Positions 1 to 10,721 of a stretch of 64,000 bases of DNA are shown piece after piece (position 1 is the stretch's first letter; each line of letters opens with the position of its first letter). Made by a program: the position numbers and the translations under genes. Under the pieces are notes generated by a model. That model ran no database searches. It saw only the letters and a list, made by a program, of their open reading frames with translations, and was not told the origin of the DNA. Source of the DNA: an uncultured delta proteobacterium (GTDB taxonomy: Bacteria > Myxococcota_A > Polyangia > Polyangiales > Polyangiaceae); NCBI GenBank assembly GCA_963835565.1, contig CAWIGY010000075.1:88-64087 (forward strand), in the 5' to 3' direction.

Positions 1-501
1 TCGATGCTCGGGCACCCTGCTCGACTCGTGCACCGCCCCAGTCCCGCGACAGAGTCACGAGCTAGGGGCGAGGCACGAGCTACGAATCCACGGTCAGCAA
101 GAAACCGATGGGCCCCCGCGCAGTGTCCAGCTCTAGCCGGTACCGGCACCGCTCCCGTACGTGGCACCGGCAGTGGATGCGGGATAATCGGGTGCAGCTG
201 ATGATCTTGACAGGCAGCACCTTTGCCAACGACTTGAGCACCACGGTTACCGGCCGCACGTTGGGGGCGTTGTACTGGACCTCAGCGCACAATGGCGGCT
301 GGTGTTGAGGTGAGCTCAGCTCGAAGTGCACCGAGTTCATCGGGCACCGCCAAGCTCTGCCGCTAAGGCCTTCCCGACCCTACCGAGTGCCGCCTTGTGT
401 TGCAGTTGCGCCGCCTGTAGGTGCTTGACTTCCAGAGTAGAAAGCTGGCGTAGTTTTTTCGGACTACTGCGAACATTTGGGGGTACGATTGGACCACAGT
501 C

Positions 502-2340
502 ATGCTCAAAATTTGCGCATTCTTCGGCGGATTCGTTTTGACCAGCGCCTGTAGTGGCCAGCCACCGAGTGTCAACTCCAATACTGGAGGGGGTCAAGGT
601 GTCGCTGGGGGCAGCACGGGTGTTGCGGGCACTAGCACCGCGGCTGGTACTCAAGGTGTTGCGGGCGGCACGAACACGACGGGTGGCAGCAGCGGGATTC
701 CATCGGGCTTGCTCGATCCCAATCGCACCACGACTTGGAACCCCGGGATCTTGACGGATAATCAACTGCATCTCGCACTCGGTAATGACGGACTGCCGGT
801 GAGAACCACCGTCTGTGCCAACCCAAAACCCGGTGACGACCTCAATGCGGCGATTAACGCTTGCACGGCGGGACAAGTGGTTCAGCTAGCTGCAGGAACG
901 TACACAATTTCATCCGTGGTCACGTTGACCAAAGGCGTGGTCTTGCGCGGCGCCGGCTCCCAAGGAGCGGCCTCCGGCGGAACCACGATTAACCAGACCG
1001 GTGGCAGCTCGGTGCTCGCGATAGGGACCAGCCAAGATCAAGCTTGCTACGCCAGTAACTATAGTACCGGCTACGCATTGACAAGTGATGCGGTCAAGGA
1101 ATCAACGACCGTCCAAGTCGGATCGAACGCCAGCCAATTCACGGCGGGAGATTTGGCGCTGATCGATCAGGTGGACGACACGACGGTGCAGGAGGGCGAC
1201 TGCCAATACTTCAAGCGAGTCGATCTACGCTCCGTCAGTGAGCGAGTTGAAGTGGCCTTGGTCAACACGTCGACTGGCACGCTTACGTTGAGCACGCCTT
1301 TGCATTGGACATTCAAGGCAGCCAGCCCTTATTTGGCACAGATTGCCAAAGCGTCGGGGCAGATTGTCAAATGGGCTGGGGTCGAAAGCGTAGCTCTAAC
1401 TGGCGGCAATAACCCCGGCTACGACGGTCAAATGGCGGGGGGCATCGACATCTCGAATGCAGCCTATTGCTGGGTCAAGGACGTCCAAACTGACGGCACG
1501 ATTGGCGGAATGCACGTTTCAATGACCGGGACCTATCGTTGTGTGATACGCGACGGCCATTTCCATAACTCAAACACTTACGGATTTGGCACGGACTGCT
1601 ACGGCCTGGTGCTCCGTTGTGGTGCGGCCGACAATCTCATCGAAAATAATATTGTTCGCTACATGAATAAGCCGATTTTGTTCAATGTGTCCGGAGGTGG
1701 CAACGTGATCGGTTACAATTATGCGGATAATTCCTGGGCAACGCCATCGGCCTGGCAAGAAGTCAACATCGACACCCACTGCTCTTTTCCGCACATGGAA
1801 CTGATTGAGGGCAACTACGCGCCGCACGTCGGAGCCACGATAACGCATGGCAATGCGGGCTACCTGACCTTCTTCAGAAACTATTCATCCAGTCAGTTTG
1901 CCTCGCCCGCCGTGTACGGCGCCACTGACGAGCAAACTGGCAATATCGTTTCGGTGCAGTTCGATACAGGCGATGTCAACATGACCGTCATCGGAAATGT
2001 ACTCGGCAGTTCCAAGGCGACGGATTTGGGTACGGCACCGGTCAGTACCACGTACATCGGTACTGATTCCAATACGCCTAGCATCTACACGTTTGGCAGC
2101 AACGGGACATCGGATGTGTCGTACACGAGCCTTTGGTGGCAAGGCAACTACGACACGGTCACGCCGGGCATCGTTTGGAATTCGTCCATCACCACACAGG
2201 TGTTGCCCGCTTCGCTGTACCTCTCTGCAAAACCCGCATGGTGGCCCGCAGGCGACGCCTGGCCCTGGGCGGGCTCCGATCTGAATCCAATGGTCGGGAC
2301 ATTACCCGCTAAGGCCCGTTCGGATTCACTGGGGCCATGA
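502..2340 (+). CDS. secreted lipoprotein with right-handed parallel beta-helix (pectin-lyase-fold-like) domain
   Basis: 612-aa ORF. Signal peptide with lipobox (FVLTSAC), then a Gly/Thr/Ala-rich linker. Beta-helix-type turns follow (NLIENNIVRYMNKPILFNVSGGGNVIGYNYADN). Confidence 0.6.
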   Translation: MLKICAFFGGFVLTSACSGQPPSVNSNTGGGQGVAGGSTGVAGTSTAAGTQGVAGGTNTTGGSSGIPSGLLDPNRTTTWNPGILTDNQLHLALGNDGLPVRTTVCANPKPGDDLNAAINACTAGQVVQLAAGTYTISSVVTLTKGVVLRGAGSQGAASGGTTINQTGGSSVLAIGTSQDQACYASNYSTGYALTSDAVKESTTVQVGSNASQFTAGDLALIDQVDDTTVQEGDCQYFKRVDLRSVSERVEVALVNTSTGTLTLSTPLHWTFKAASPYLAQIAKASGQIVKWAGVESVALTGGNNPGYDGQMAGGIDISNAAYCWVKDVQTDGTIGGMHVSMTGTYRCVIRDGHFHNSNTYGFGTDCYGLVLRCGAADNLIENNIVRYMNKPILFNVSGGGNVIGYNYADNSWATPSAWQEVNIDTHCSFPHMELIEGNYAPHVGATITHGNAGYLTFFRNYSSSQFASPAVYGATDEQTGNIVSVQFDTGDVNMTVIGNVLGSSKATDLGTAPVSTTYIGTDSNTPSIYTFGSNGTSDVSYTSLWWQGNYDTVTPGIVWNSSITTQVLPASLYLSAKPAWWPAGDAWPWAGSDLNPMVGTLPAKARSDSLGP

Positions 2341-2412
2341 TTGGGATTAGCCTGAACTTGTTGTCGTGACGGCACGCGGACGCACGGTGCGATAGCAGAG
2401 AGGTAGCAACGG

Positions 2413-5400
2413 CTAAACGGTACCCGATGCTGATGACACGCTGTCAGCAATTGTCTTCTTTTTGCTAAGACGTTGTTTGACGGTGTCCGAAACGACGTAA
2501 AATGCGGGAACGAATAGCAGGCTTAGTGCCGTTGACAAAGTTAGACCACCGAGAACCGCAATTGCCATGGGGCCACGGGTTTCGGCACCGGCACCCAGGC
2601 CCAGCGCCGAGGGAACGGCGGCCATCATGGTTGCTGCCGTGGTCATCAATATGGGGCGCAGTCGCACTGGACCGGCCTCTAACATGGCATCGCGTGCGCA
2701 GAGTGACTTAGCGGCGCGAACTTGGTTGGCATAGTCGACCAGGATAATCGAGTTCTTCTTCGTGATGCCCATGAGCAACAGGATGCCGATCATGCTATAG
2801 ATACTGAGCGTCTTGCCGCCCAACCACAGGCCAACGAACGCGCCTGCCACCGAAAGTGGCAAAATAGTGAGCACGGTCACCGGGTGGAGAAATGAATTGA
2901 ACTGGGATGCCAGGACCATGTACGCGACCGCGATGCCAAAGATCAGGGCGAACCCGAGACTTTCCATCGACGTCTGAAAGTCGCTGCTCTGACCGCTCAG
3001 AACGGCGTGGTACCCCAGTGGAAATCCTTGCGATAGGCGAGTGACCAGCGCCAGAGCTTCAGACTGGGAATGTCCAGGCGCGACATTGCCGAATACGGAT
3101 ATTGATCGCTCGCGATCTACGTGATTGATCGACTGTAGGACTGGCTGCTCACTCACGTTGACCATTGATGCAATGGGCACCATGTGTCCGCTCGAACTGC
3201 GGACGTTGATCTTGCCAATGTCTTCGGGTCGCAGCCGCTGAGTCTCAAGCATGCGCAAGCGAACGTCCAAGCGTCGACCCGCCGACGAGTATTGACCAAT
3301 CACGACTCCGCCCACCAGGGCGTTGATCGTCGTGGCTAAGTCCTGGATACTCTCACCCAAATCGGCGGTCCTTGCGCGATCCGGTGCGACCAGTACTTCC
3401 GGCAAACCGACCTGATAATCCGTATCCACGTCGGTTGCAACGCCGCTTTGCGCCAGGTCGTCTTTGACGCGCATTGCGTTTGTAATCAACGTGTTCCAAT
3501 CCGGTCCGCGAATCGACACTTCGATTGGATATCCCTTGGACGTTCCAATTCCCTGTTGTGACGGATCCTGAATCGAAATCTTGGCACCCGCAATGTTGAA
3601 TTGTTTACGCAGGCTGGTGGCGAACTCCTGTTGCGTCATTTTACGCTGGTTGGGTGGCACCAGGCTGACAGTCAGGGACGCCGAACCTGGGCTAACATTC
3701 GACATTACACTTTGAACTTCAGCGTGTTTATAGAGAATCTGTTCCACTTTGCGCGCGTATCGATCAGCTTCATTGACGTCGCTGCCGAGCGGTGCCGTAA
3801 GCTTGATGGTGAGGCTTGACTGGTCTTGTGGCGGGCTAAACTCGCTTGGCAGCAATAGCCCCACGGCAAGCGCCACGGCCATCACCAGGCTCGCAGCACC
3901 CAGGGTTGTCTTGGGATGTGAAAGGGCCAACCGCAAAGCACGCGCGTACGCTCGAGCTAGCCCGTGAAATGCGCGATCAATCAATTGGACGAATCTGCTT
4001 TGAGTGGCTTCGCCATGATGCGCCAATAACCGTGCGCAGCGCGCCGGGGCTAATGTGATGGCTTCGACGTAGGATATGGCAACCGCTACTGAAAGCGTGA
4101 CTCCAAACTGGTAAAAGTAACGCCCGACGACGCCTTGCATGAATACCACAGGAAGGAATATGGCAATCACAGCCGCGGTGGCGGCCAATGCGGCAAAAGT
4201 GATCTCTTTAGTGCCTTCCGAGGCCGCCTGAAAGCCATCCTTGCCCATCTCACCGTGACGGAAGATGTTTTCCATCACCATCACGGCGTCATCCACGACT
4301 AGCCCTATCGCCAGCGACAAACCGAGCAGCGTAAATGTGTTGAGCGTGAAACCTGCCGCCCAAATGATGGCGATAGTGCCGAAAAGCGACATCGGAATCG
4401 CCAACAGAACATTCAGTGTCGCCGAAAACGAACCCAGGAACAGCCAACAAACCAGGGAAGTCAGGAAAACGGCGAGCACGAGCTCCGTTTCAATTTCGTG
4501 CACGGAGTCCTGGATGAACTTCGTCGTGTCGAAAAGCACATCGAGTTCCATGCCCTGTGGCAGCGTCTTTTTGAGATCGGCAATCGCGGCGCGAACATTG
4601 TCGGCCACCGTCACCGCGTTGGAACCCCGCTGTTTCAGCACGCTCATGGCCTGTAGCGGAACTCCGTCGACGCGCGCAATCGTCAGCGCGTCTTCGAAAC
4701 CATCCTCCACCAGGGCGACATCTTGAAGGTAAATCGGGCCGTGGTTCTTTTCGCTGACCACAATGTGTTTTAGCGTATCAAGATCAGCCGCTTCGCCAAG
4801 CACCTGCACGGTGATGTCGCGCCCTGGCGTTTGAATTTGCCCCCCTGGAACAACTACGTGCTGTTTGGAAAGGGCTCCGGTGATATCGGATATCGTGACA
4901 TTGCGCTCAATGAGCTTATTGGCATCGACCCACAAGCGAATGTTTCTGTCCAGGTAGCCACTGGTCGTAATTTGTCCTACCCCGGGAACAGTCTGAAGTT
5001 TCTGCTGCACCTGGTAGCGCGCGACGTCCGCCAGCACTTGACGTGCAAACGGACCGCGTAACCCGACAGTCAGCAATGGTTGATCGTCGGGATTACTCTT
5101 GGAAATGGTGGGAGGTTCTACGTCGTTCGGTAACTGTCGTTGGGTCTGCGCCACCTTGGCCTGCACGTCCTGCAGCGCCAGATCGATATTGCGGCCGATG
5201 GCGAATACTGCGGTAAGCCGCGCGCTGCCGAGGCGCGCCGTGGCTTGAATTTGCTGGATTCCTTCCACTTGAGCCAGGGCCTGCTCGATCGGCTCGATGA
5301 TGCCGTGCTCGACCTCCTCAGGCGCAGCTCCTGGCCACAATAGGCTTACCGTTACGTTGGGAGAATCGACGTCGGGCATCTGACTTACACCGACGCGCGT

Positions 5401-5487
5401 AGCAGACACTAGACCAAAGAGAATAGTGGCCGACATGATCATCCATGCCAGAACGGGCCGGTGAATGCAGACGTCCGTGAAGTTCAT
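2413..5487 (-). CDS. RND efflux transporter permease (AcrB/HAE1-like)
   Basis: 1024-aa ORF with the 12-TM/2-large-loop layout. N-terminus is typical of the family (FTDVCIHRPVLAWMIMSATILFG). Its ATG overlaps the stop of the upstream adaptor gene (ATGA). Confidence 0.95.
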   Translation of the reverse strand: MNFTDVCIHRPVLAWMIMSATILFGLVSATRVGVSQMPDVDSPNVTVSLLWPGAAPEEVEHGIIEPIEQALAQVEGIQQIQATARLGSARLTAVFAIGRNIDLALQDVQAKVAQTQRQLPNDVEPPTISKSNPDDQPLLTVGLRGPFARQVLADVARYQVQQKLQTVPGVGQITTSGYLDRNIRLWVDANKLIERNVTISDITGALSKQHVVVPGGQIQTPGRDITVQVLGEAADLDTLKHIVVSEKNHGPIYLQDVALVEDGFEDALTIARVDGVPLQAMSVLKQRGSNAVTVADNVRAAIADLKKTLPQGMELDVLFDTTKFIQDSVHEIETELVLAVFLTSLVCWLFLGSFSATLNVLLAIPMSLFGTIAIIWAAGFTLNTFTLLGLSLAIGLVVDDAVMVMENIFRHGEMGKDGFQAASEGTKEITFAALAATAAVIAIFLPVVFMQGVVGRYFYQFGVTLSVAVAISYVEAITLAPARCARLLAHHGEATQSRFVQLIDRAFHGLARAYARALRLALSHPKTTLGAASLVMAVALAVGLLLPSEFSPPQDQSSLTIKLTAPLGSDVNEADRYARKVEQILYKHAEVQSVMSNVSPGSASLTVSLVPPNQRKMTQQEFATSLRKQFNIAGAKISIQDPSQQGIGTSKGYPIEVSIRGPDWNTLITNAMRVKDDLAQSGVATDVDTDYQVGLPEVLVAPDRARTADLGESIQDLATTINALVGGVVIGQYSSAGRRLDVRLRMLETQRLRPEDIGKINVRSSSGHMVPIASMVNVSEQPVLQSINHVDRERSISVFGNVAPGHSQSEALALVTRLSQGFPLGYHAVLSGQSSDFQTSMESLGFALIFGIAVAYMVLASQFNSFLHPVTVLTILPLSVAGAFVGLWLGGKTLSIYSMIGILLLMGITKKNSIILVDYANQVRAAKSLCARDAMLEAGPVRLRPILMTTAATMMAAVPSALGLGAGAETRGPMAIAVLGGLTLSTALSLLFVPAFYVVSDTVKQRLSKKKTIADSVSSASGTV

Positions 5488-6629
5488 GGAGCGCCCTTTT
5501 GGGCCTCGGTCGAAATATGGACCTTGGTTCCCTCGGCAAGCGCCTCGACGCCCCGAGTGACCAGAAGTACGCCGGCATCGAGTCCCGTTTGTACTTCCAC
5601 GAAACCGTCCGTCGTGTTCATACCCAGCTGAAGAACATGCTCGTGAGCGACGTCGCCCTGCACCACGTAAGCCAAAAAACCGTGGTCACTGGGGCGCGCC
5701 GCGCTTTGCGGAATCATCGGGAACTGTCGAGTTGACGTGAGTTTGATTTCAACTTGCGCAAAGGTGCCCGGGCGTAGCCAAAACTGGTGTTCGGCGGCAA
5801 TTTGCGCTGTAATTGGGACGAGACGTGATTCATCGTCGGCCGCTCCCGTGACGAGCGTAATCTTTGCCGAGTAGGTCTGGTGGCTCTCCTTCAACGTGAA
5901 CTCGACGGGCATGCCAACCTTTAGACGGGGAGCTTCCGCGGTGGTCACATTGAAGTGTAATAGCATGGGATCGCGACGCAGCAGCGTGGCGATGACCGAA
6001 CCTGCTTGCACATACTGGCCGGTTTGAATACTGCGCGTTTGGATGATTCCGCCACTCGGGGCCTTAACATTGGAGTCGTCTAAATTAAGCTGGGCCAGCT
6101 TGAGCGCTTCACCCGCTTGATCAGCATCAGCCTTGGCGGTACGAAGTTTTGTTTGATAGCTTTCTAGCTCCTCTCCCGGAATTAGACCGGGGTTGGTGGC
6201 ACTGGCCTTTTGGCGCCGATCGAGAGCCGCTTGTGAATCTGCGACTGTCGCTTGCGATTTTTCGAGCGCTGCGCGCGCCGTACTGACACCCAGCGCATAG
6301 CGGCGGCTGTCGATGTACGCCAGGACTTGACCGAGTTTGACGTCTTGGCCTTCTACAAATGTCACTTTGTCGACCACGCCGGATACGCGCGCGGTCACCT
6401 GAACATGCTCGAATGCATCGACCACCCCCGGCGCAGTCACGACTAGCTCATGCGGATGAGCGTCAACGCGAACGACTTCGACCGGAAAGACGGGTTGGCG
6501 TGAGCTACGCTTGGTGGGAGGTGCGGCGGACTTTTTGGCGCAACCCAGCGTGAATAGTAACTACGCAACCAGACAGGCCGAATCTCGGCGACGCCAGCGG
6601 ACTCGCCGCTGGCGGCAATCATTGCACAC
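5484..6629 (-). pseudogene. RND periplasmic adaptor (membrane-fusion protein) with an in-frame TAG inside its lipoprotein signal peptide
   Basis: HlyD/MFP-like body (VTARVSGVVDKV..., coiled-coil, beta-barrel). Hand translation upstream of 6440 gives V-CNDCRQRRVRWRRRDSACLVA-TAG-LLFTLGCAKKSAAPP in the same frame. The TAG lies at 6561-6563. Confidence 0.8.
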
Positions 6630-7956
6630 CGTCGATTGGAAAGAGCCCCATCGCTGCGCGCAGATCGAGTTCGGCTTGTCGCAGTGCCAGTTGAGCCGCA
6701 GCCATTCCTACCTCGGCCGTGAATCGCGTCGAGTTAGCATCGACCAGTTCAATCGCCTTTGCCAGGCCTTGTTTGTAAAGGACGTTGGTCTCGTCGGCAC
6801 TGCGTTTTGCGGCATCATAACCCTGCGTTGCGGCCTTGAGCGACGACTGCGCCGCCAGTAACTCGGCCACCGCCGTGCGGACGTCGGTTTCAATATGGCG
6901 CCACAGTGCCTGGTGCTGCAATTGGGCCGTGTCCAGAGCTGCCCGGCGGGAGTCCGCATCAGCGCTGCGAACGCCAGCATCCCAAATTGCCCAGGTTAAA
7001 GTAATCAACGCCGTCGTGTCTAAGTACTGGTTTCCGACAATGGCTTGGTCCGCGGCCCTAGCCTGCGCGGACGCCGTCAGTGTTGGCACAAAGCGCAGGC
7101 CGGGTTCGTCAGCGAGCGCTGAAGCGGCCGCGACTGATTCGCGAGCTGCCACTAAATCGGGACGTTGAGCCAGAGCTTTCGCAATTAGTTGATTCATTTG
7201 TAGCACGCTGGGAGACAACGACTGTTGCGGTCCCGTGAGTTCTCCATTCACCGGAGAATTGATAGTATACTCGAGAGTGAGCCGTGCCTGGTCGAGCGAG
7301 CTCTGTGCCTCGGAACACTTTGCTGCGCCGTATTCCACTCGATTTCTGATCGAGTTACGTCATTAGTGCTGACTAGGCCTGCCTGGGCGCGAGCCCGCGT
7401 GTCGTCCAAAGTAGCGTTGGCGAGATCCAATCGACTGCGGGCCGCCGCAAAAAGTCGCTGTTGCGCAATGACCCCGAAAAACGAGCGCGCCGCATCGAAA
7501 CAGAGTTGGCGTCGTTGGTTGACTTCGGTGAAACGCGCTGCTTCTCGAGCTGTGTTTGGCTCCGGAGTAAAGCGGGAATGCCGTGGCCGCGAAGAGTGGC
7601 TGGCTCAAGGTAAATGTGCCGTTCGCGGCGTTCGTCCGTCCAACGACCTTATTGGCGAGTTCCACTTGGTAAGGTCGCAAGGTTTCTGTCCCTACCAGCG
7701 TCAAGCTGGGCAAAAAAGCGGCGCGAGCTTTCGCGACCGCCGCACCAGCTGACTCGACGTTGAGCTCCGCAATTCTGCTTCTCTCGTTGCGCGTCAGGGC
7801 AAGCTGCACGGCGCTCGCCAGTGTCAGCTGCTGCGCTCTGACGTCATGGACCAACAGCAGGATCGCCGACAGCAGAAAGAGCCTGAGCAAGCCTCGAGTT
7901 AACACACTGCCATACCCACGCAATTTGCGAATTCCTTGCCGTAACGACACGCGCAC
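6619..7956 (-). pseudogene. TolC-family outer-membrane efflux factor, split over three frames (two frameshifts)
   Basis: TolC-like sequence runs through ORFs 7363-7956 (N-terminal ~135 aa), 7248-7430 and 6619-7338. Frame switches are at about 7545-7560 and 7335-7345. The gene lies upstream of the adaptor and pump genes. Confidence 0.8.
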
Positions 7957-8258
7957 GATTGGTGGAGGTGGTTCGCGCCCCCCCTTTGGGCAGTAATCCG
8001 AGACGATGCCAACAGGACTGACCCTACGCTAGAAATTTACATTTTTTCAATGCCAAATGAATCTAGGCGACTATCGCAGGCACTGATGAAATAGGCTGGG
8101 CGAACCGGCCAGGCGGTTCCGGCTGCAAGAGGTTCGGAAATGATACGAGTGTTGCGGGGTTGATTTTGACGGCCCAGATTTCAACACACGGTCTCGGGAA
8201 TGAGCAGCCGACATTGGATCACCCGATACAAAATCGAAGTTGATTCGGAGCCATCGGC

Positions 8259-10610
8259 TCAAATATCGAATCCGACATTTCCAAATGTCACACTGGGCCC
8301 GAATACGAAGGACCAATGATTCAGCGCGATAGGCACCTCTGCCCCAGTGCTGGTAGTAATCGGAAGCCCGCTTGCGTTTAGAGCCGGGGCGAATTCATTC
8401 CCCAGGCGGTACGCGGCCCAGGCATGAATGTTGATGGAAGCTTGCGTAGGCTGTCCCGCATTTCCAATTGGGACACCGACACCAAGCCCAAGCACAATGT
8501 TAAGTTGGCGCGTGGTGTCTGTGGCAAGCCCCATACCCATCACGCCGCCTTCGAGCCCCAGGATCCCTTCGGTGCCGTCCCGGGTTACCCAAGTAAATCG
8601 CGAAAGCACTCCGAGATTAAGCGACAAAGGTCCCGTGCCGGCACCGTTGGGATCATTCGAGAATCTGAATAGCTGAACGGGAATCGAGACGGTTGCGGAA
8701 AAACGCCAGCGCGTATTTTCCGTAATAATCGTCCACTTGGCTGAGGGAATCTCGAGGTGACCCGAGGCTCCCCGAATGTATTGCGATTCCTCCGTGACAT
8801 GCGTCAATTGCACAGTGATCTTGTCGAATTGGGATTTCACGCCATGCAGCCAGATAATGCGCGGTTCCCCACCATGACTCAGTATCATGCGTTGCGTAAA
8901 ATGACCGTCTGAACGGGTCGAGCCGCTGACACTGGTGACTTCAACGTCTACATCAAGGCGCTGTTCGCCATCCTCGGCGGGGATGCGCTCCGGGTGAACT
9001 ATCAGACGACAACCGTCGCGTTGTTCGAAGGGAATATGCAATGGCACGCCGGGAACCACGGCCAATGAATGTCCGGAAGCATCCGTGCATACTACTTGCA
9101 CGATGGGCGTCTTACTCGCCGTATCACCAATCGGCGCCGGCACGTTGACTTCCCGAAGCGCTCGTTGCACGTACCCCGTAAAGTGCGCCAAATCAGCCTG
9201 AGCCAGATGCCCAGGCAAACTTTCATCACGCAAGGCGAACCGCAGCAACACGTAACCGCCACCGGCGGTGCCGCGAATTTCCGTGTGGCCGTCTTGAACC
9301 TTTACTTCATAAGCGCCGTTTACCGGCAATGTCACGATTTTTCCGCGCAGATTGGGTGCTATCGCAGAAACAGTCACGTTACGGTTAGTGGGGATAAAAT
9401 CGATTTCACCGTATCCCGTGAGATGCAGCGATACGCGTAGCTGCGGTGGGGCGGCGGTTGTCATCGAAACCAATCCGATCACCGAAGCGTCAGAGGTGCC
9501 TCGCATTGCGGCAAGGGTCACCTTTTCACCCGTAACGCGCCCGAGACCGAGAAGCATGTAGACGAAACTGTCCTTGGACTCACTAGCAATGATGGGCACG
9601 TTGTTCCCGTTTGCGGTCCAGCGAAGACTGTCGTCATTGATCGCGCAGCGAGCGTCCACACGGACTACCACTCGAACGTCGTCCGTGTCTCGCAACGCCG
9701 CCGGTGACGCAAGTGTGACTGGGCAATACGTGATATCGAGAGGGATGCTGACGGATTGCGCAAAAGTATCACTACTGCGGACGTATACGCGCGGTGCTAG
9801 CCGCAATTTCAGGTTCAAGGTACGAGCCGAACTGGCGATTGAGCGCACACGAACAGCACCGGCGACAAGCTCACAGCGCCCCGTGTCGCATTCGACCGAG
9901 GCCACTGCCTTCGGGTGGCTCAACGCCAAATGGGCTTCCCCCGTCGAAAGATCGACGTGCCTCTCCGCCGTTAAAGTGCTCGCCACGATAATTCGCGCAG
10001 GGGTCACTGAGAATGACTCTTGATCGACGAGTTGGCCGGCGCCGTCGTAAATGTCTCCCCTGCTGCTCGCGCCCGCAGGCAAGAGCCGGAGCGTGACGGC
10101 TGAGGGATCTGCCGGTAGATTCTTGCTGACTGAATACGAACAACTTTGCTGACCGCCAGCCGTGGACGGCGCAATGCAAATGTCACTCCCATGTTCCCCT
10201 TTTACTTCCCATTCGAGTCGGCTACCCTCAAGATTCGTGCCCCGCAGATCCAGGTGACCTTCGTCTATCCACAGATCGACGCTGCGCCGGTCAACCACGG
10301 GGATCGGCCCGGACGCCACGAATACATCGGTATCCTTGCTCACTACGCATGCTGCCGTCGAAGACGCAACCCGAACGGAAGTTGACTTTCCAATCTGGGC
10401 GACATCCAAAGGGGGACGGATTTTGGTGCCCCTCGGATCAGGAATCCAGCTGCCACTTGTGTCACCGCACAAGACCTGTCCGTCAGGAAGAGGAATTAGT
10501 GCGCCGCCGACGGGAGCTGACAAAGTTACCCCGAAGCAAAGTTTCGACATCGAAACCAGTACCAGTGCCAACAGAAAGCTATGAACTAGATGAAGCCGGT
10601 GCATGGGCAT
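8259..10610 (-). CDS. large secreted protein of unknown function, possible C-terminal beta-barrel/anchor
   Basis: 783-aa ORF with an N-terminal signal peptide (FLLALVLVSMSKLCFG). The body is beta-rich. The C-terminal ~150 aa is Gly-rich with an alternating pattern and ends ...VTFGNVGFDI. Confidence 0.55.
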   Translation of the reverse strand: MPMHRLHLVHSFLLALVLVSMSKLCFGVTLSAPVGGALIPLPDGQVLCGDTSGSWIPDPRGTKIRPPLDVAQIGKSTSVRVASSTAACVVSKDTDVFVASGPIPVVDRRSVDLWIDEGHLDLRGTNLEGSRLEWEVKGEHGSDICIAPSTAGGQQSCSYSVSKNLPADPSAVTLRLLPAGASSRGDIYDGAGQLVDQESFSVTPARIIVASTLTAERHVDLSTGEAHLALSHPKAVASVECDTGRCELVAGAVRVRSIASSARTLNLKLRLAPRVYVRSSDTFAQSVSIPLDITYCPVTLASPAALRDTDDVRVVVRVDARCAINDDSLRWTANGNNVPIIASESKDSFVYMLLGLGRVTGEKVTLAAMRGTSDASVIGLVSMTTAAPPQLRVSLHLTGYGEIDFIPTNRNVTVSAIAPNLRGKIVTLPVNGAYEVKVQDGHTEIRGTAGGGYVLLRFALRDESLPGHLAQADLAHFTGYVQRALREVNVPAPIGDTASKTPIVQVVCTDASGHSLAVVPGVPLHIPFEQRDGCRLIVHPERIPAEDGEQRLDVDVEVTSVSGSTRSDGHFTQRMILSHGGEPRIIWLHGVKSQFDKITVQLTHVTEESQYIRGASGHLEIPSAKWTIITENTRWRFSATVSIPVQLFRFSNDPNGAGTGPLSLNLGVLSRFTWVTRDGTEGILGLEGGVMGMGLATDTTRQLNIVLGLGVGVPIGNAGQPTQASINIHAWAAYRLGNEFAPALNASGLPITTSTGAEVPIALNHWSFVFGPSVTFGNVGFDI

Positions 10611-10721
10611 GGTTGCTCAGGTGAATCGTAATCGTGAAAACAACCCAATACTCGGATTATTCCGCCATTGGCAGCGTTTTTTTTCGTTCCCGAGAAAAAC
10701 TCGTAACTTTTGAAATATGCA

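Noticed and set aside
337-876. 179-aa minus-strand ORF at the window start
   Set aside because: It overlaps the start of the beta-helix lipoprotein gene in antisense. Its Arg/Ala-rich composition is typical of an off-frame reading.
3601-5343. Multiple 60-150-aa ORFs antisense to the RND pump gene (and similar ones inside other large genes)
   Set aside because: These are typical shadow ORFs of GC-rich coding DNA, with no independent evidence.
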